64,000 bases of DNA from an uncultured Bdellovibrionales bacterium (GCA_964538685.1 CAZIFD010000002.1:77255-141254), one strand, 5' to 3'. Counted from the stretch's first letter, positions 18,362-28,599 are shown. The notes: generated by a model from the letters alone, not told the origin. Made by a program: numbers and translations.

Positions 18362-19783
18362 ATGGCGGTTGCCAGAAAAATAGCTTACAATGTGGTTTTT
18401 AGCAGTGTTTCCAAAGTGCTGTCAACTGTTTTAGCTTTGGTTTCAATTGGATTTATCACCCGTTATTTAGGGAAAGAAGGCTTTGGAAATTATGCCACTG
18501 TTTTAGCTTTCTTGTCGTTTTTTTCAGCTATTTTGGATTTGGGTCTTTACTCTATTTCCACTCGGGAAATTTCTCGTCCCGGAGCTGAGGAGGAAAAAAT
18601 AATGAGTAGTATTTTTTCTTTGCGTCTTTTGTCATCCTTGATTGTTCTTGTTTTAGCCCCATTGGTTATTTGGTTTCTTCCTTATCCGGAAGAGGTCAAG
18701 AAAGGAATTTTTATTGTGGGACTATCTTTTGTTTTTTCTTCCGGATATCAAGTATTAAACGGAGTTTTTCAAAAGAATTTAGCAATGGACAGAGTGGCTT
18801 TTTCTGAGCTTTTGGGAAAAATTGTCCAAGTAGGATTGGTTGTGATGGCAGTCAAGCTGAATTTAGGATTTGATTGGATTATTGCTTCTTTGCTTCTGAA
18901 TATGATCATAAGCTTCTTTTTGGTTTATTTTTGGTCAAAAAAATTTATTCGTCTCAAGTTGAGTTTTGATTTTGAATACTGGAAAGTTTTTTTGAAAAAT
19001 TCTTTTCCAATGGGAATAGCGGCTCTTATTTCTTTTATTTATTTTAAAATAGATACCATCTTGCTTTCCTTGTTGAGGGATAGTTCGGAAGTAGGAATTT
19101 ATAATGTTGCTTACAAAGTTATTGAAAATATAACTTTTTTCCCGACGATGATTATTGGCTTGATTCTTCCTATTATGTCGGGTAATATTTTTCACAACAA
19201 AGAAAGATTTCAAGAAATTTCCGACAAAACATTTAAAGTTTTTGTGATCTTAGTAGTTCCCTTGATTATTATTACTCTTTTTCTGGCGGATGGCATAGTA
19301 GGCGTTATTAGTGGTTCGGGATTTTCTGAATCAGTCGGGGTGTTAAAGGTTTTGGTTTTCGCCTTGGCTTTTATTTTTTTTGGTAATTTTTTCAATACAA
19401 TTATGATTTCAGCTAATTTTCAAAAAAAATTAATGTGGATTATGGGAATAGCTGCTATTTTTAATGTTTTTTTAAATCTTTTGCTTATCCCCCGCTTTTC
19501 CTATTTGGGCGCTGCTTGGGTTTCTGTTCTAACGGAATTTATTGTGGTTTTTTTGGGATTTATTTTTGTAAAAAGAAAACTTGGTTATTTTCCCAGAATT
19601 GAAAAAATCGGCGGTATTGTTTTTTCTGCGGTGATCATGAGTGTTTTTTTGGCCTTTTTCCAAGGCGTAGGTTTTATTGGTTTATTGTTAGGCGGTTCTT
19701 TGGTTTACGGTTTTTCTCTTTTGGTGTTTAGAGTGGTGACTATGGAAGAAATAAGAAGCATAATAAGCAAAAAAAGTGAATAA
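18362..19783 (+). CDS. Polysaccharide/O-unit flippase (MOP/Wzx superfamily)
   Basis: 473 aa, about 12-14 TM, polysaccharide-biosynthesis-protein-like architecture. Followed by glycosyltransferases. Confidence 0.65.
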   Translation: MAVARKIAYNVVFSSVSKVLSTVLALVSIGFITRYLGKEGFGNYATVLAFLSFFSAILDLGLYSISTREISRPGAEEEKIMSSIFSLRLLSSLIVLVLAPLVIWFLPYPEEVKKGIFIVGLSFVFSSGYQVLNGVFQKNLAMDRVAFSELLGKIVQVGLVVMAVKLNLGFDWIIASLLLNMIISFFLVYFWSKKFIRLKLSFDFEYWKVFLKNSFPMGIAALISFIYFKIDTILLSLLRDSSEVGIYNVAYKVIENITFFPTMIIGLILPIMSGNIFHNKERFQEISDKTFKVFVILVVPLIIITLFLADGIVGVISGSGFSESVGVLKVLVFALAFIFFGNFFNTIMISANFQKKLMWIMGIAAIFNVFLNLLLIPRFSYLGAAWVSVLTEFIVVFLGFIFVKRKLGYFPRIEKIGGIVFSAVIMSVFLAFFQGVGFIGLLLGGSLVYGFSLLVFRVVTMEEIRSIISKKSE

Positions 19784-20651
19784 AAAAACAAAAAAATTTC
19801 CCAAAGTATTCATATTGGTGCTTAATTATAACGGTGAGTCGGTAATAAAAAATTGTCTTTCCAGCGTTTTTAAGATTGATTATCCCAATTATGAAGTTGT
19901 TGTTGTTGATAATAATTCTACAGATGGTTCTTTGGAATTGGCTAAGACTAATTTTTCCAAAGCTTATTTTATCAAAAATGATCGCAATCTCGGTTTTTCG
20001 GCTGGAAATAATGTTGGTATTCGTTTTTCCTTGGAAAGAATGGCGGATTATGTATTACTTCTTAATAATGACACAGAAGTAGAAAAAGATTTTTTAACTC
20101 GTCTGGTTCAAGCGGGAGAAGCTGATTCTGGAGCCGGAATATTGAGCCCTGTGATATTTGAAGGCAAAAGTCGTAATATTTGGTTTTCCGGAGGGCGAAT
20201 AGATTGGCTTAGAATGAAAACTTTACATGAAAAAGATGTCAAAAACCAAGAAGTTTATGAGACCGAATTTATAACCGGTTGTTCTATGCTAATAAAAGCC
20301 CGAGTTTTTCAAAAAATTGGACTTTTAGATGAAGATTTTTTTCTTTATTGGGAAGATGCCGATTTTAGCTTTCGTTCTCAAAAAGCTGGATTTAAAAATT
20401 TAATAGTTTCTTCCAGCTGGGTTTATCACTTTGAAAAAAGTTGTCAGGATAAAATAAAAAAGACTTACTGGTTGGTTCTTTCCGGTTTGATGTTTTTTCA
20501 AAAAAACGCCTCTTGGAAAATGCGCTTTTGGCTCAATATTTATTTGAGATTAAGGAAGATCAAAAATAAAACTGATTTGAAAAAAGTTGACAATCAACTC
20601 TCTCAATCAGTTAAAAAGGCCTATGATGACTTCCAAAAAATCAAAATTTAA
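19776..20651 (+). CDS. Family 2 glycosyltransferase
   Basis: VLNYNGESVIKNCLSSV...VVVVDNNSTDGS...LLLNNDTEV. Confidence 0.8.
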   Translation: MNKKTKKFPKVFILVLNYNGESVIKNCLSSVFKIDYPNYEVVVVDNNSTDGSLELAKTNFSKAYFIKNDRNLGFSAGNNVGIRFSLERMADYVLLLNNDTEVEKDFLTRLVQAGEADSGAGILSPVIFEGKSRNIWFSGGRIDWLRMKTLHEKDVKNQEVYETEFITGCSMLIKARVFQKIGLLDEDFFLYWEDADFSFRSQKAGFKNLIVSSSWVYHFEKSCQDKIKKTYWLVLSGLMFFQKNASWKMRFWLNIYLRLRKIKNKTDLKKVDNQLSQSVKKAYDDFQKIKI

Positions 20652-21435
20652 AAAACTTTCCATTGTTATCGTGAATTATCAAAGTCGGCATCATTTGGAA
20701 AAATGCTTGTTTTCGGTTCGGAAAAAAATTTTTACCAAAATCAAATCAGAAGTAATTTTAATCAATAATGATTCCAGAGAAAATTTGGAAGAATTTGTAA
20801 AAAATTTCCCCGGATTGAAATTGGTGGAAAATTGGGAAAACAAGGGGTTGTCCGCTAGTTGGAACTTGGGAAGAAAATTTTCTGAGGGAGAAATAATTTG
20901 TTTTCTTAATCCGGATACGGAAATTCTTTCAGAAAATATTGAAAAATTACTTCAAGAATTTGAAAAAAATAATGAATTGGGAATTTTGGGTCCGAGGTTA
21001 ATTGATAAAAATGGCCAAACTCAGTCTTGGAGTGCAGGCAGAAGGGTTAGTTTGATGGATGTTATCTTGAATAATTTAGGTTTTCTCAGAAGTCGGAAAA
21101 TCTGGAAAAGTTCTCAAAAAAGAGAGGTTGATTGGGTGAGCGGAGCCGCTTTTTTCATTAGAAAGAGTTGGTTTGATTTGCTTGGGGGTTTTGATGAAAA
21201 TTTTTTCCTTTATTTTGAAGATGTTGATTTTTGCCAAAGAATGGCTGATAATAGAAAAAAAATCATTTATTTCCCCTGTTTTGAAGTGGGACATTGGTGT
21301 GGAGGAAGCCACAGCAATGCTAAGAAACAAAAAGAAAATTATTATCAATCACAAGATTATTTTTTTCAAAAGCATAGAGGAACTTTTGAATCAAGAGTAT
21401 TGAAAATTTTGCGAAAAATAGTTCTAAAAAAATAA
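20623..21435 (+). CDS. Family 2 glycosyltransferase (second copy)
   Basis: LSIVIVNYQSRHHLEKCL...ILINNDS...FLNPDTE. Start placed at the internal MMTSKK; the ORF track starts at 20587. Confidence 0.75.
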   Translation: MMTSKKSKFKKLSIVIVNYQSRHHLEKCLFSVRKKIFTKIKSEVILINNDSRENLEEFVKNFPGLKLVENWENKGLSASWNLGRKFSEGEIICFLNPDTEILSENIEKLLQEFEKNNELGILGPRLIDKNGQTQSWSAGRRVSLMDVILNNLGFLRSRKIWKSSQKREVDWVSGAAFFIRKSWFDLLGGFDENFFLYFEDVDFCQRMADNRKKIIYFPCFEVGHWCGGSHSNAKKQKENYYQSQDYFFQKHRGTFESRVLKILRKIVLKK

Positions 21436-21440
21436 TTCAA

Positions 21441-22703
21441 ATGTTTCAAATATTGGTTTTGTTGGCCTTTCTATTGCCTTTTCAGGTAGCGCTTAATCCG
21501 GTTTCGGGCGTGGATTTGGCATCTTCTCGGTTAGTTGTCGTTTTGCTTTTTCTTTTTTGGATGCTAAAAAGCCTCAAAGAGAAAAAAATTATAATTTCCG
21601 GAGGAATTTTATCCGGTTTTTTATTATCTTTTTTGGGTTTAGTTTTCCTTTCCCTTTTTGAGGCGCAAAATATGGCTTGGGGAGTGAGAAAATTAGCTTT
21701 CTTGTTTTCTGTTTTTCCGATTTTTTGGGTGGCTGGAGCCGAAATAAAAAAAACCGAAGAAATAATCAAAACAGCTAAGGCTTTTGTTTGGGGAAGTTTC
21801 GCGGTAGCTATACTGGGAATAGGACAGTTTTTTGCTCAATTTGTTTTTGGCCTGGAAAAAGTATATTTTTTTTGGGCCAAAAATTTAGCACCACTTTTTT
21901 TGGGAAATGCTTTTTCTGAGGCAGTTCTCAAAAATCCCAGTTGGCTGGTTAATGTTTCCGGAAAAACATTGCTTCGGGCTACTGGAACTTTTCCTGATCC
22001 GCATATGCTGGCCTTTTTTCTTAATTTAGCCATTTTTACTTGTTTGGGCTTGTTGTTTTCTCAAAGAAAAAGAAAAGTCCTTTATATTTTTATTTTTTTT
22101 GTTTTAATTATTGCTAATTTGCTTACTTTTTCTCGCGGAGGCTATTTGGGAATGGTGGTGGCTTTTGCGGTTTTGTTAGGAATATTTTGGAATAAAATAA
22201 AAAAAAGTTATCGCTGGTCAATTTTGGGGTTGGGATTGATTTTTATTTCAGGATTGTTATTGTGGACTCCGGTAGCGCAACGATTTGCCTCCTCATTTGA
22301 TTTTTCCGAAGGATCTAATATAGGAAGGCTTGGAATTTGGAAAGAGGCCTTAGGGGTCATTTCTGAGCATCCTTGGGGGGTTGGAATTGGCAATTATTCT
22401 TTAGCAGTCAAACCATTAGCTGATTATCGTGATCCTATTTACGCTCACAATGCTTATTTGGATATTGTGGCTGAAAGCGGAATCCCGGCTGGTTTTTTTT
22501 GGATCGCTTTTTTGGTGTTTGCTTTTTGGAAGTTTAAGAAAAAAACACAAAAGGAACCGTTTTTTTTGGGAATTTCTTTGGCAATAGTCGCTTTTTCCGT
22601 TCATTCTTTGGTGGAAACGCCTATTTATTCTCCGGTGGTTATGATAGCTTTTTTGCTTCTGGTTTCTTTTTTGAAAAATGAAAAAAATGAAAAAAATACT
22701 TAA
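21441..22703 (+). CDS. O-antigen ligase/polymerase-like (Wzy_C family) membrane protein
   Basis: Polytopic. FSRGGYLGMVVAFAVLL motif region is typical of the O-antigen ligase family. Confidence 0.6.
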   Translation: MFQILVLLAFLLPFQVALNPVSGVDLASSRLVVVLLFLFWMLKSLKEKKIIISGGILSGFLLSFLGLVFLSLFEAQNMAWGVRKLAFLFSVFPIFWVAGAEIKKTEEIIKTAKAFVWGSFAVAILGIGQFFAQFVFGLEKVYFFWAKNLAPLFLGNAFSEAVLKNPSWLVNVSGKTLLRATGTFPDPHMLAFFLNLAIFTCLGLLFSQRKRKVLYIFIFFVLIIANLLTFSRGGYLGMVVAFAVLLGIFWNKIKKSYRWSILGLGLIFISGLLLWTPVAQRFASSFDFSEGSNIGRLGIWKEALGVISEHPWGVGIGNYSLAVKPLADYRDPIYAHNAYLDIVAESGIPAGFFWIAFLVFAFWKFKKKTQKEPFFLGISLAIVAFSVHSLVETPIYSPVVMIAFLLLVSFLKNEKNEKNT

Positions 22704-23958
22704 TTTGGAAAATTTAGTGCTCCTAACAATTTTCTTTTTGCCGATTTATTTGGTGAAAATTAAAATAGGTTTTTTCTCTACTAATGTTTTGGAGGGATTA
22801 ATGTTTGTTTCCTGCGTTATTTATTTTTGGAAAAATGGAATAGGCAAAGACAAAGAAAAGGGTCTTTTTCCAAGAGAAAAAGGATTGATTGTGAGTCTAG
22901 TTTTGATTTTTGGTGGATTGATCTTGGCTTCTTTTCTGGCGCAAAGCCCAATCGTCTCTTGGGGGATTATTAAGGGCTGGTTTCTGTTTCCGCTAGTTTT
23001 CTCTTGGGTGGCAAGACAATCTTTGGGGGAAGAAAAATTTGAACGAGTCTGGAGAGTTTATTTTTTCTCCTCCTTGGCAGTAGCAATAGTTTCTTTTTTT
23101 GGTTATTTTTTTGAAATTAATTTTATCACCTATGATAATCGTCTCCAGGGATTTTTTAATTCTCCTAATTATTTGGCGATGTATTTGTTGCCGGGATTCT
23201 TGGCAGGTCTTTTTCAATTAAAATTTTTCAATCTAAAAAAAGAATTTTTCCAAAAAAATATTCAAATGCTCGTTTTTTTAGGAATTATTTTGGTGGCTAT
23301 TTATTTAACCCAATCTTACACTGCTTGGATGGCGCTTTTCTTAATTTTTTTGGCAATGGTTTTTGTTTTTTTGAAAAACAAAAAAAGAATCATCTTTATT
23401 TCAGGATTATTGCTTGTTGCGTCGCTTATTTTTTTACTGGAAAAGTCAACAGACAAAGCGGGACAATTGTTTACTCTAAACGAGAGATCTTCTTTGGCTT
23501 CCAGAATAATGATTTGGCATTCTGCCGAAAAAATACTGGAAGATAATTGGCTTTTTGGAATTGGTCCGGGAAATTTTCAAAAAAAATATTTAGAATATCA
23601 AAAATATTTTCCTCCGTATTTGGAATGGGCCGTTTCTCATCCGCATAATATATTTTTAACTTTTTGGTTGAGCGGAGGGTTGCCGGCCCTGGCTGGTTTT
23701 TTTGGAATTTTATTTTTTTGGTTTCTGAAACTTAAAAAAAATAATGTTCAATTAAACAAGAATGGTACTTTTTATTTTTTTGTTATGCTGGTTATTTTGT
23801 TGCATGGTCTTTTGGATTCAACTTACTTTAAAAACGACCTGGCGGTCGTTTTTTGGCTGGTTTTTTGGGGAGGATTTATGCTAAAGACTGATTCTATAAA
23901 GCAATCCATCCCGACGGTTGATAAAAAAAAGCATACTTTCATCAGCATTGAAAAATAA
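22678..23958 (+). CDS. O-antigen ligase/polymerase-like membrane protein (paralog)
   Basis: Polytopic, TQSYTAWMALFLIFLAMVF region; same architecture as the upstream gene. Confidence 0.55.
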   Translation: MKKMKKILNLENLVLLTIFFLPIYLVKIKIGFFSTNVLEGLMFVSCVIYFWKNGIGKDKEKGLFPREKGLIVSLVLIFGGLILASFLAQSPIVSWGIIKGWFLFPLVFSWVARQSLGEEKFERVWRVYFFSSLAVAIVSFFGYFFEINFITYDNRLQGFFNSPNYLAMYLLPGFLAGLFQLKFFNLKKEFFQKNIQMLVFLGIILVAIYLTQSYTAWMALFLIFLAMVFVFLKNKKRIIFISGLLLVASLIFLLEKSTDKAGQLFTLNERSSLASRIMIWHSAEKILEDNWLFGIGPGNFQKKYLEYQKYFPPYLEWAVSHPHNIFLTFWLSGGLPALAGFFGILFFWFLKLKKNNVQLNKNGTFYFFVMLVILLHGLLDSTYFKNDLAVVFWLVFWGGFMLKTDSIKQSIPTVDKKKHTFISIEK

Positions 23959-25038
23959 ATTTTCGGCATCAACTTGAACTTCAATTTCATTTAGTTCTAC
24001 AAGTCGTTTTTTTTCTCCGGTTTCCGTATTGACTTTCCAAAAGGTGTCGGTGGTTTGGATTTTTCCGGAATTATAATCGTTGGGCAAGAGAGCATTATTT
24101 GGCAAATCTCCGGGAAGGGCATAAAAAACTGTTTTTCCGTCTTTGGACCAAAGGCATTTGGAGACAAAAGTCGGGATGCCAAGATTTTTATATTTTTCCC
24201 CATTGCTTTTGGCGACCGCCAATTCAATTCGGTGGCCATTTTTTTCATTTGAATGGCTGATTAAAACCCGATTTCCTTCTTGATTCCAAAGATAGTCAGC
24301 ACCGAATTTTCCTTTGAAAATTATTTTTTTCTCTCCATTTAGGGTCATTAAGGTGAAAAGATTGGTTTCATAGTTGGCGTCGGGATTGTTCCAAAAAGAA
24401 ATGAGTCCCGAATTTGGAACAGAAGAAATTATTTGTCCGGCATAATTAAGATCGGTAAGTTTTTTCCAATCACTGCCGTCGGGATTAGAAGAGGAAAGAT
24501 TGGAATTTTTTGAATCGGAGTAAGTATAAATAATCTTGTTGTTGTTTTGCCAGAAGACATTCAAAACAGATTGATTCAGGAAAGCGCCTTTTTTTTGGGA
24601 ATAATCAAAAAAAGAAAATAACGAGGGAGTTTTTCCTGGTTCATATTCTACCAGAACCTTGCTTTTGTCAGGCGACCAAGAAACATTTTTGATGCCGAAA
24701 ATTTCTTTTTCGGAGAGGGTTTTCTTGTTGTTTCCCTCTAAATCAATTTCAAATACTTGTCCGTTTTGAGAGTAGTATATGATGGAATTATTATTTGAAT
24801 TAGAAAGAGTTGGAGCCAAAACTTTTTCCTGAGTGATTGGAATTATTTTTTGATTTGATTTGGAAATAACTTTAGTCAAATCTTGTTTTTCTTCTTTTTG
24901 GGATGAAGAAGAATTTTTTGATTCGTCAACGACAAGCGGTTCGTTTTTTTTGAAAGCTAAGCGGTAAATTCCCCAAAGAAAAAAAGTGGTCAAGAAGACA
25001 ACAGAAGAAAAGATAAATATTTTTTTGGACAACGACAT
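23881..25038 (-). CDS. TolB-like beta-propeller (PD40/WD40-like repeats) protein with N-terminal TM anchor
   Basis: Repeated SWSPDKSKVLV / LWSKDGKTVFY-type PD40 motifs; N-terminal hydrophobic helix. Confidence 0.5.
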   Translation of the reverse strand: MSLSKKIFIFSSVVFLTTFFLWGIYRLAFKKNEPLVVDESKNSSSSQKEEKQDLTKVISKSNQKIIPITQEKVLAPTLSNSNNNSIIYYSQNGQVFEIDLEGNNKKTLSEKEIFGIKNVSWSPDKSKVLVEYEPGKTPSLFSFFDYSQKKGAFLNQSVLNVFWQNNNKIIYTYSDSKNSNLSSSNPDGSDWKKLTDLNYAGQIISSVPNSGLISFWNNPDANYETNLFTLMTLNGEKKIIFKGKFGADYLWNQEGNRVLISHSNEKNGHRIELAVAKSNGEKYKNLGIPTFVSKCLWSKDGKTVFYALPGDLPNNALLPNDYNSGKIQTTDTFWKVNTETGEKKRLVELNEIEVQVDAENLFFNADESMLFFINRRDGLLYRISL

Positions 25039-25049
25039 TTTGTTAATTT

Positions 25050-25895
25050 TTATTTACAACCGCAATTAGCTCCAACGCTGACATGAATATGATTACCTTC
25101 ATCTTTGGTATAATTAGCATTGCAGTCTTTGGCCAAACTAATCATTTCGTCTCCAGAAAGACTGCTTTTTCGTGTGGAAAAATCAACGGCATAAGACGAT
25201 CCTCCACAAGTGCCTCCGTAATGACAAGATCCTTTTTTGTGGAAACAACAATTAGTTTCAAGGTTTCCGGAACATTGAGGCCAATCAGGATGGTCTTGGT
25301 AACAATTTACACCGCCGTTACCATCAGAAATGGATGAGATTACAAATGCTTTTCCTGAAGGAACTTTTTCTTGCATGCAACTTATCAAATCTTTTAACTC
25401 TTGAGAAGCATCTCCAGATTGTCCCGGAACATCACTTGGAACCAACGACACATCATTAGTTAAAAATGCCCCATTAACTGTTGCATGTTTTCCTGCGTAG
25501 TTTTGAGGAGGGAAATTAATATTAATCATAACAAGACTTGGATTAATAATGTAAAGAATTAGCCAGGCTAAAAAAGCTAGAATCAGACCGATAATTGCAT
25601 CAGCAATAACTTCTTTGGCAGTTTGCATAGAGGCATTATTGCCAGCTGAAGTGATATACATAAAAGCGCCGATTGAAATCATTAGTAATGCTGATATTCC
25701 TACCATCCAAAGAGCGATTTTATAAATACTTCCAATGTAGTATTCTAATCCATATACTTTCCCTTTCTCAATAAATTTAGTAAAACCCTCAACTACTGGA
25801 TAATCAAATGGTCCAGCCTCAACTTTGGAAGTGAAGAAATATAAAAAACCACAAACGATAAAAAAGGAAAGAATTATTTTTTTTATTTTAATCAT
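25050..25895 (-). CDS. VirB2/TrbC-like pilin module (signal peptide plus two TM helices) fused to Cys/His-rich C-terminal domain (possible LAS/M15-like Zn-binding)
   Basis: Signal peptide to VEA. TM1 IALWMVGISALLMISIGAFMYI, loop, TM2 IADAIIGLILAFLAWLILYII (TrbC/VirB2 topology). C-terminal domain has 11 Cys and CHYGGTCGG...AVD...NHIHVSV (H...D plus HxH). Confidence 0.4.
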   Translation of the reverse strand: MIKIKKIILSFFIVCGFLYFFTSKVEAGPFDYPVVEGFTKFIEKGKVYGLEYYIGSIYKIALWMVGISALLMISIGAFMYITSAGNNASMQTAKEVIADAIIGLILAFLAWLILYIINPSLVMININFPPQNYAGKHATVNGAFLTNDVSLVPSDVPGQSGDASQELKDLISCMQEKVPSGKAFVISSISDGNGGVNCYQDHPDWPQCSGNLETNCCFHKKGSCHYGGTCGGSSYAVDFSTRKSSLSGDEMISLAKDCNANYTKDEGNHIHVSVGANCGCK

Positions 25896-28599
25896 AGTGT
25901 TGTTTTGCTATGGTTTTTTTAATAAGTAAAAAAGTAATTTTAATAACAAAAAGCAATACAGCGACAGTCAAAATAATTCTAATGAGAAAAGACAAATATC
26001 CTGGAACTTCGGAAATTATGCTGGCCAAAAATTTTTTAGCTTTAGCGTCTTCCAATTCGCTGTCTGAAGTAGTAATTGTGATTTTTGCAGTAGTTGCTAT
26101 TTTTTTCTCATAAAGCCCGTCATAAGAAATCCCCCAGTATTTTGAGAGAGCCTTAACTGTAGCGTTGTCTTGAGAATAAAGACTGCTTACAGAAACATTA
26201 TAAGTTTGTCCATAATCCTTTTCAGCGGAAAAATTAACTGTTTCTCCAAAAACAAGCTTATTGCCATTGATATTCCAAGTTATGTTGTCGGCGTTTGGCG
26301 TAGCGACATTGAATTTAGCTTTGAGGCTCACAGTGGTGTCTTTTTTGGCCTGAAAATCATTTTTGCTATAATCGGGCCACTCTTTATTATTTGAATCAAT
26401 GTAATAGCCCAAAAGACTAGGGGCACAATTTCCTTCATTTTCAGAAACAATCTGGACGGTCGGGTCAGAAACTTCAAATGCTTTAGTTAGATTAACTTTC
26501 TCTCCAGTTTCCTTGTCAATGGCTGAAAGGGAAACGCTAAAAGATTTATTTTTTTCTTGTTTAACTGGAAAATAAGCGGTTTTTGGTGTTTCTGTGGAAT
26601 TGGTGTAGTTGTAATTAATTGCTTTTCCATCAACAGACCAGTTAAAATTAGTGAGATTGTCATCATTAATCTTAACAGCAATTATTTGATTTTTAGCTAC
26701 TTTGCAAATCGGATCATCTTCATTGTTTTTATTGAGGCAAATTTGTTTTCCTAAAGAAAGATTGAGATTGTCATCATTGGAAACTGAGGCCAAATAAGCT
26801 TCTATTTTTCTTTTGTTTAATACTAATGGGATAATCACTTCATCATGTCCCTTTCTTTCCCCGTTATAAGCTTTTTCCGAAACAGTTAATTTAACTCGCA
26901 AATAGGTAGCGTCTTTAAAATTGAGATCAAATTTAAGGTCTTTTATTCCGGCGCCCAGTGTGGAAGTGGAATTGGTTAGTTCGTTTTTTGTCAAAGGATC
27001 TCCCCAAGGACCATCAATAGAGTTTCCTTTCCAGACTTGCCAAGTATAATAAAGAAATTCAGCATCTGTGGCGTCTGGAATTGAAGACGAAACAGTTAAT
27101 TGATCGGAATTCGTGTAAGCAGGGTCGTTGATTGGATTTTTGGGGTCATAAGATAAGGAAACATTAATTTTTTTATATTTACCCCCTCCTTCAGTTGGAT
27201 CAACAAAATTTTGCAAAAGACATTTATCAAAATCATCCAGAGTCATTTTAAATAAGTTCACATCTTCATTATTTTCAACTTCTAATTTGCTACCGGGATT
27301 GGTTGTCTCTGTTCTGCTGGAAAGAACAGAGCAGTTTTCATTTCCAGCTGGACAACAAGACCGATCAGTAATGGTTGCGCCGGTTAATTCATCAGTCAAA
27401 TAACACTCCTCATTGCTTGGAGGTTCGGGCAGATCCGTATATTCAGTTCCTATTTCAAGGGATGTTTCAGTGGTTCCCCCATCTGTTGTTGTGGTTTCTC
27501 CTGTTCCTGTCACATACATTTGCTGAGAGTTGAGTTGAATGGTTTCTGTTTTTGTGGTGGTAACAGTAGTCCCAATTTGATAGCTGGAAGTTGGCGCCTG
27601 GTCATAGGTGGTGGTTTTTTTGGTTACTGTTCTTGTGAAAGAACATCCATCTGGGCAGCTGGGCCAAATTTCGGGAGAAACAACAATCTCTTCATCAGTA
27701 CCTTCAGAAGGATCATCAAAAGCATCATCAGTCAATTCGCATTTATTTTTTGGTAAAGCCCACATAACTTTATATGAAGCGTCATTATAAGCAGTTGGTT
27801 CATAAGAAATTCCCTCTATAACTACTCCTATTTGATCGCCTTCTTGATAGGTCCAGCTAAAAGATTTTTGTCCAAGACCGGAAACAGTAGCTTCATCGGT
27901 TTGTCCTAAGTCAGCGGTATCCGAATCATTGGGATTGGTTTTCCAAAATTCTTCTTCTTCTAGACCGAAAGAATTATCTCCGGTTTCTTTGCCGGGAGCA
28001 TTAGGAAACAAGTGGCGACATTCTCTAAATTCGTATTCGGATCCCTTTTCCATATCGTGAAAAAAACAATGTGATTCTTTTCCGACATTTCTTTGATCAT
28101 CTCCTCCCATAACAGCTTTGTATCCGTCATTGTCCGAATCACTGCTATAGCCATCTTCATATTGAAAATTATCACTGGCAATAATTCTAGCTGCTCTTAC
28201 CTTGAAGTTTTCTAGATCGGAATGGCTGTTTTTTTCCAATTCATCTCTATGACGAAGGTACCAAGTGAAATACATTGAACTACTGTCATTATTGCCAAAA
28301 TAAAGCGGTTCAGCGTTAGCAGTTACTTTTTCTCCGGGAATCGGATTAGTTGGCGAAAAAGTGAGGTAAACCTGCGGGGGTTGCTTTTTATTTTTAGCCA
28401 CATTAAAAGATTGAGCGCTTTCCACTATTGTGTTTTGGTTTATTCCATATTTATTAGCAATGCCGTCCGCTGCTTCTTTGGCAGCATCCGATGGACTGGG
28501 CCAATCAAAATCGGCCAAAGCCTGATTTGAAAGCGGAGAAAGTGTCAAAAACAAAACAAGAAAAGTGGAAATAATTTTTTTAAACATAGTCTTCTTCAT
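25888..28599 (-). CDS. Large secreted Thr/Cys-rich surface protein with C-terminal TM anchor (candidate adhesin)
   Basis: Signal peptide. Internal repeated modules (YFTWYLRH... / LYYTWQVWKG...). Thr-rich tract TTVTTTKTET...TTTTDGGTTET. C-terminal hydrophobic anchor plus KK. Confidence 0.5.
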   Translation of the reverse strand: MKKTMFKKIISTFLVLFLTLSPLSNQALADFDWPSPSDAAKEAADGIANKYGINQNTIVESAQSFNVAKNKKQPPQVYLTFSPTNPIPGEKVTANAEPLYFGNNDSSSMYFTWYLRHRDELEKNSHSDLENFKVRAARIIASDNFQYEDGYSSDSDNDGYKAVMGGDDQRNVGKESHCFFHDMEKGSEYEFRECRHLFPNAPGKETGDNSFGLEEEEFWKTNPNDSDTADLGQTDEATVSGLGQKSFSWTYQEGDQIGVVIEGISYEPTAYNDASYKVMWALPKNKCELTDDAFDDPSEGTDEEIVVSPEIWPSCPDGCSFTRTVTKKTTTYDQAPTSSYQIGTTVTTTKTETIQLNSQQMYVTGTGETTTTDGGTTETSLEIGTEYTDLPEPPSNEECYLTDELTGATITDRSCCPAGNENCSVLSSRTETTNPGSKLEVENNEDVNLFKMTLDDFDKCLLQNFVDPTEGGGKYKKINVSLSYDPKNPINDPAYTNSDQLTVSSSIPDATDAEFLYYTWQVWKGNSIDGPWGDPLTKNELTNSTSTLGAGIKDLKFDLNFKDATYLRVKLTVSEKAYNGERKGHDEVIIPLVLNKRKIEAYLASVSNDDNLNLSLGKQICLNKNNEDDPICKVAKNQIIAVKINDDNLTNFNWSVDGKAINYNYTNSTETPKTAYFPVKQEKNKSFSVSLSAIDKETGEKVNLTKAFEVSDPTVQIVSENEGNCAPSLLGYYIDSNNKEWPDYSKNDFQAKKDTTVSLKAKFNVATPNADNITWNINGNKLVFGETVNFSAEKDYGQTYNVSVSSLYSQDNATVKALSKYWGISYDGLYEKKIATTAKITITTSDSELEDAKAKKFLASIISEVPGYLSFLIRIILTVAVLLFVIKITFLLIKKTIAKQHYD

